From: Tubulanus polymorphus
Lineage: Eukaryota; Animalia; Nemertea
Length of the DNA stretch: 64,000 bases
Direction: 5' to 3'
NCBI RefSeq assembly: GCF_964204645.1
Contig: NC_134032.1
Span: forward strand, 4,364,175-4,428,174
The position numbers were made by a program, and so were the translations under genes. Of this stretch, positions 57,865-64,000 are shown piece by piece (positions within the stretch are counted from its first letter, which is position 1; each line of letters begins with the position of its first letter). Under the pieces are notes generated by a model. That model worked only from the letters and a program-made list of their open reading frames with translations, was not told the origin of the DNA and did not search any database.

Positions 57865-60832
57865 GCATTATGAGAATGCCGGTTTGCTAGCGTATCTATT
57901 CAACACCCGTATTGCTCGGGTTAGTTTTACTATCAACGGGTGGCGCTGTATGTAAATTTCACATAAATCAACGACTTTCGGCTATTAGCGGTACTTAAGA
58001 CCACTTGAAAACATCATAGTCAATTACGGTAGTAGTGAACATAAAAAGATACAGTACAAAGATATAGTACGGTGTACAGTTAAGGACATGATTCCATAGG
58101 ACCCATACCAGAGACATTTTGTTCAGACAAGGACTATTAGTTAAACACTAATCTTCATTTTCAGCAATTAACGATCTGGTGAATTAATAAGTGATTCGGT
58201 CTTTCGGTGGTTCGAGATAAAATGCCCGCAAAATAAGAACCTAACGAACCAGGGCTAGCCACAAATTGCCCAACAGATAAATTTTCGAAACGACACAATC
58301 CAATCATGTTTGGTATCAAATGTGGCGTGGACCATGGTCTTTTAAATGACCAATGCGTGACCAGTACTGACCATATAGTGAATTATTTGTTTGCAAACAA
58401 TTAAGTTGTTTGGTGTCAAATAACTAGATATGATGTGGGCATTAATTTAAAAATTGTTTAACTGACCAATGCTTGACCAGTACAGACCAGTTACCAGTGC
58501 TAACCAGAACCCCCATAAGTAATTTATATGTTTCGTGAATCCTTTGTTAGTACTACTAGCTCTTACATTTAAATTTGTCGCTTGAAAAAGTCTTGTCCGA
58601 TTTTTGTTGTAGGTAGCGAGCTAACTTTGAAATTCCGCTAAAATGCATAAGATTTTTACGTAGGGTTTTGAACGAACAACGTTTCCATTTGTAATTGTAA
58701 CGTGCGCATTTGAGCCTGTAACGTGCACATTTCACTCGCGTGAACGTGAGTAATAGGGAATAAGTTGTTTCATACCAAAGGTCGAAGGGTCGAGCACACT
58801 CTCCCCTTCAACCTTTGATATGAAACAACTTATTCCCTATTACTCTTAAAATATTCATATAAATGAACATTATTTACATGAATTTCATATACTTTAAAAT
58901 CATTTATATGTTAATTATAAAAGTGTGAGTAAAGTGTGAGTAATAATTCATATTTTAACAGATTTCGAATAAAAATATAAGTTAAAAAAAGGGTTGAATA
59001 AAAAAACAATAAGTTACTTTATCTAATACTAACTTATTTAACTTATTGTTTTTTTATTTAAATCTTTTTGATTTCTATTCACGCTATTGGTTAACAAGAA
59101 TTGACTAGAATTCAAATAGATTTAACAAGAAATTCAATAACTTTAACTGTTAGTATCACTCTTGTATTATTTCATTGTTTCTCTTATTGAATAAGCCAAC
59201 TAACTAATATCACTCTTGTATTATCCTAGTCAAATGTAAAGAATTTACAATATCATATTTGAATAAATTAAAACATAAATTACTTCTGTGACTTCATTTT
59301 CAGAAATAAAGCATAATATGTATTTAATACATTAATATGTATTTAATATGTATCGTTTACTTTGAAAACACAATTTGCATTTTGTGGACATCTATTTTTT
59401 TCTGCACCAAAAGCTTGAAGCGTATTATCTTTGCTTGTAAAAATTTGAAATTTTGGGGAAGATTTTTGGCCTCGTTAACCTGTGAGCACGTCCTTCATAT
59501 ATTTTGCTAAGACCGACCCTTGAAATAATGCTGAGAGTTTCGAGGATAATTTTGGTAGGATGTAAACTTAGGCTGCTTCGTATCCGTGGAGGGTTGCTAA
59601 TTATTGATTCTATACACAATAATCATAAGTACCATGAGATTCGATAGAATATCGTTTTTCAATCATACGTACACGCATTATCGCAATATAAAGATAGATA
59701 ATATGTTCATATTCTTTTTACGTCTTATACTGTATATTTCTTTAATAGTACAAATAAGCAGGCCACCTGAGACCATTCCACGATCTAAGGTAAGTTGCCA
59801 AAAGTTAGTAAGTTTACCAGTGGATAGTTAACATTTATAATGACAATTAAATTTTCATTGCTAAAATAACTTTGTACTTGTTGACTCAAAAGCAGAGAAT
59901 TGAAAATACGATAATACGATACGAAAACTCAGTGTACAAATTCAAAAAGATTATCTCTAGTGAGTGATCGAACGTTGTGTCGTAATTTTCTAATGATAAA
60001 ACATGGTTTGAAATTTGAAATGTGTACATAGTTGATCTTTTTCAGTGTATTTAGTCATATCATGTTGGATGATGGTTAATTTAAACTATCTTTTGAGAAA
60101 CGGGTCCCAGAGCTGTATCCTTTATTCCTGTAATAGAGGATGCAATCTATTTGCGACACACAGCTAGTGCAAATAGCTAGAAAAGGTAACAATAGTGCAT
60201 TGACAAACTTAGAGCAAGCGTACATTGGTTGTTTAGGTTTTTCGAAGGGGAGAATTTGTCGGAAAATTGATCATTACTGAGATATATCCGTGGCGAGCTT
60301 TTCCAGGGATTTAAAAAGTTGAGCTGTACACAAGGAATTTTGTGTAGTCCAATATCCATGATTACCTCTGGCGTGGAGAGATACAATCTAAAACCAACCC
60401 TAGAGTCAAATATTTTACCACAATTTTTTATGATCAATAAAAAGATTGAGTAATAGACATTCAAACAGTATATTATCTAAATTCCACTCCATTTTAAACT
60501 CATTCATTTCTACACAAACTCCAACTTGTTGAACAGTCCACATTAAAATTAGGGACCACTATTCTTGCTCATCTACACTGGCTACCAATCTAACAAAGGA
60601 TTGAATTTGAGTGTTTGATGTTATAACAATACCAGACTGAATTATGGATTCGGTTTCTACTTTTTAATTGAACATTTATATCACATATTGGGCATCATTT
60701 TTACCAGTATATATGGAATAACCTATCCTTATATCATGTTCAATTTTATATAATCTGACTTTTGAGATGTCATTCAATCAATGCATTCACATGCGGTCGT
60801 CGCTTTCAATAGCCACCAACGACTGGCTCCTT
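57865..60832 (+). repeat. Diverged direct copy (copy C) of ~27861-31196
   Basis: Collinear similarity with many substitutions and indels. Confidence 0.85.
58749..59350 (+). mobile_element. Truncated terminus of a third related Polinton (E3) with a 96-bp hairpin (58749-58844)
   Basis: AGTAATAGGG...TTTCATACCAAAGGTCGAA...CCCTATTACT-CTTAAAATATTCATAT matches the E1/E2 termini; interrupts copy C right after AACGTG; right boundary approximate. Confidence 0.85.
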
Positions 60833-62486
60833 ATTAAACCGGGAACCGGGGACCGGGAGCCAGCTTCATGGGGGTGGATCAGGTACCAAATTGTTTCAAA
60901 ATCAGCATATGACGTATACTATGGCACTTTTAAGGGTGTGAAGTAAGCACACCAATTGATCTTAAAAATTTTCCTCTCAATGTGGTCCGCATACTCTTTT
61001 TGCATTGCGAATCTTTTACACCAGGCCGCTCCTTGCACACGGGAGTCATCGTACGGTCTTCTCGTATTTAATGTTAACCGGATTTGGATACTTCTTTTCT
61101 ACGTCTGTTATGAGTTCAGCTTTGCATTTTTGAACAGTAAATCGCATCCACATTTCCATTTTATTGCATGTATATTTTCTCCAGATATTTGTACTTGGTG
61201 ATTCTTGATAACTATATTTTCTACTGTATGGTCGAATTCTTTAGTTTATCAGCGTGTAAATCATATGACCGTACGCATCGAAACTTTCATCCCTGACTAT
61301 CTCTTAAGAAAGTAGACCATTACAGAACGTGTGTCGACTTGATAAAGTTGACATTAGAAATAGATTCATTGTTTGTGACGATTTTATAATGTGTATGTAG
61401 TCGCATGTTTCAGATGCAGTTTTTCGATGTCCAAATTTTTCAAAGTCGCAATATTTGGGAGAAAATAGAGTCCCATCTTGAGGAACAAATTATATTTTCA
61501 TCTGAACTCTTCTATCGGACGCAACCGCATATAGTATCTTATTCTGCTCGCAAATCTTTCCTAAAATAGGATGAGATGATTTGTAAGAGGATGGATCCTC
61601 AGATAATGGTCTTATGCTGTTAAGACTAGGCTCAAGTTCTAACTCCTCACTTTCTTAGAATTCCTTGACGTAACGTTCCTTCTCTCATCGATCATTTGAG
61701 ATGAGGCCATCCACTAAATTCAGTTTTGACCTATTGGCGTTTTTGAGATGTGGAAATGCATTTCGTTAATAATCCCATTTCTAAGTTAGGCCAGTGCCAG
61801 ATTTCAACGCTCGGATTTTTGTACCCCACTTTAACAGCATTTTTAATTGTAATCAACGCCCTCGCCCTACAGTTGTCTCTCCGTATCGCTGTGTTTGCAG
61901 TGTTACTTTTGGTCTCTGACAAATTTCGAGCAATAGAAAATGAAACAATTCTTCCCCAGTTCATCGTTCGGCTTTCTATGGTGGCATTTCGCAAACTGAA
62001 AAGAACTGGCCTCTTTTTATCGTACGCGCTGGTAAATTATTTACTATCGAATCGAACGAATCCCTATTTTCGTCGAGCATTCCTCTCACCGCTCCGGATA
62101 ACGTCTCTAATAGGTGATTCCCCTTACGTTATCGTTACGTCGATAGTTAACCCAAATGAATATATCAATTCACAAGCCAATGCGGATGATATGCTTTTTA
62201 ACTCGCAACTCGATCCGATGTCGCATCCAAATAATTCCAACATTTTTAGTGTAGGCGTCGAACTTCGTGGACGCCTGCAAGAAAGAATGTATTTACGAAA
62301 TACGTGTCGTCTTTAGAACTCGTGGTTGTTAGCTGATTCGAAGCGAAGTGACTATAACCGCCAGACGAGTATCAATATGTTTAAATAAGTTACAAGTTAC
62401 AAGTTAGTTTATTCATCACAATCGAGTGACATGATTGTCAATGAACAACGAACCAGTAGAAAAAGAAAACAATATATACATATATA

Positions 62487-63047
62487 CAATAATAATAATA
62501 AGTTCTTGTATAGCGCTTTTCCATCCGAGAGCTCAAAGCGCTTGGTTCTCCAAAACGTGCTTCTTGAAGAGCCATGTCTTAACTGATGATTTAAATGTGT
62601 CCAACGAGGCAGAGTTTTTTTATATCAAATCGTAGGGAATTCCAAAGTTTAGGTCCACACAAAGAAAAACTTCTATCTCCATAGGATGTTTTGGTTCGTT
62701 TAGTTCGAAGAGAAGCTGAGTCAGTTGACCTGGTTACACGAACTGCAGAATGACTTTCCAACAGGTCAGACAAATATGCTGGTGCTAAGCCGTTAACACA
62801 TTTAAACGCATACACGGCCTGCTACAGGCAGCCAATGCAATTCGATCAGCAGCGGAGTAACATGGTCATATTTTCGCTTGCGGAGAATGATACGTGCAGC
62901 CGAGTTCTGTGCGCGCTGAAGTGGTGCAATTGTTTTCTTGGGTAGTCCATACAGCAAACCGTTGTTGCAGTCAATGCAGGATGTCACAAATGCATGGACT
63001 AGACGTTCAAGACTCGCACGATCAAGAAAACGACTTATGCGACTATG
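62487..63047 (-). mobile_element. 5'-truncated L2-clade LINE (ORF2 C-terminus and 3' tail)
   Basis: LQRAQNSAARII...HVTPLLIELHWLPV and GDRSFSLCGPKLWNSL; 3' end AAGCGCTTTGAG...AAGCGCTATA followed by (TAT)n. Confidence 0.9.
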
Positions 63048-64000
63048 CTGTAAAACTTATTATACAATAGCAGAATTACTAAAATATTTACAAGAAATAG
63101 TCAATGAGATAAGTACCATACTGTACAAATGTAACTTCAGGCACGTTGGCTTTCTTTCTAATGTGCGAGTTTTGCAATATTTCTGCAGTTTTAGAAAGTA
63201 TCCATTTTTTTTCTTCATTAAGAGCCAATATCACAAAGTTAGAACAATCTATCAAGTAGTCTTTGACGGTGCTTGCTTTGTTTATTCCCCAACATCGTGT
63301 GTAAAAATTTTACGTCCACGTTTTGCATTTTCGCTGGCGAGTTAACTGTCAAAATCTTTACATAGGCACGCATCACCATTTCAATGTCACTTGCCCTTTT
63401 ATCTGCAAATGATCCTTCTTGCTCCCGCCTCCAAATGATTGGACCAATTCCTATATAGCTCAACTTCTCTCTCGTCGAGATATATAAATTTGTTTTCAAT
63501 CCATCTATGGTTCAAATTCCTTTTCCGAGAAAGAGTAATGCTAACAAATGCCGGCTATACATTTTTTAATTAAATTTATTTCCTATCCGTACATAGTATG
63601 GACTTTTCATATTTGCTTAAATAAACATCCATCCTCCAGATTTTTGTGAAAAAAATCAACATTTTGCTTCTTGTTCTTGGCCCCATTCTCAGATTTGGTG
63701 GCGTTCAACTCCACTGAGAGATACCGGTAATACTGGTACGGAAAACGGATACGGTACTGGCGGCTTTTGTTTCACTCGATGTCCCAAGTATATATTCTAA
63801 CGATCTGTATGGGTAGAACGGTATATTTCCAAAAAGTTATTTCGACCTAGGCTGAAGGCGCATTTGTATAAATGGTTTTCTTTAACGATTTCGATATCCC
63901 CACTCCTCCATATACAGCGAAATTATACATGGGCATTAACCATCATCCCGATGTAGTGAAGATCCCCATTACGCTCATCCTTGAGTTAAACGTTTGACTC

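Noticed and set aside
60956-62316. Possible degraded transposon gene, including the 188-aa ORF at 61750
   Set aside because: No motif I can identify with confidence; needs BLASTx.

Overview
Repeat-dense eukaryotic (probably invertebrate animal) genomic DNA with no recognisable host gene. It holds two full-length, independently inserted, oppositely oriented Polinton/Maverick (adintovirus-like) endogenous viruses: E1 at 8780-27143 (TSD AATATT) and E2 at 35638-54409 (TSD AACTCT). A truncated terminus of a third family member (E3) starts at 58749. Each full element encodes a frameshifted protein-primed PolB, penton, double-jelly-roll major capsid protein, A32/FtsK packaging ATPase, RVE integrase with chromodomain, an HNH nuclease and several membrane proteins, but no recognisable adenain protease. 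The best candidate for an undescribed system is this virus family itself, for four reasons. (1) Nearly all genes start with a poxvirus-late-promoter-like TAAATG, often after a T-run, suggesting a helper-virus-dependent (virophage-like) lifestyle. (2) Every terminus is a long fold-back hairpin whose outer and inner 26-mers carry an element-specific block that co-varies across all copies. (3) The second TIR drives a small chimeric ORF (PolB Zn finger plus HNH C-terminal segment), with a different junction in each element. (4) A control region has NRF1-like sites beside 16-nt palindromes that keep their structure but not their sequence. The flanks contain nested MITEs, LINE remnants, a spliced Tc1-like pseudogene and a ~7 kb TIR element repeated in alternating orientation, forming large palindromes. 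All homology calls come from motif recognition by eye; no searches were run.
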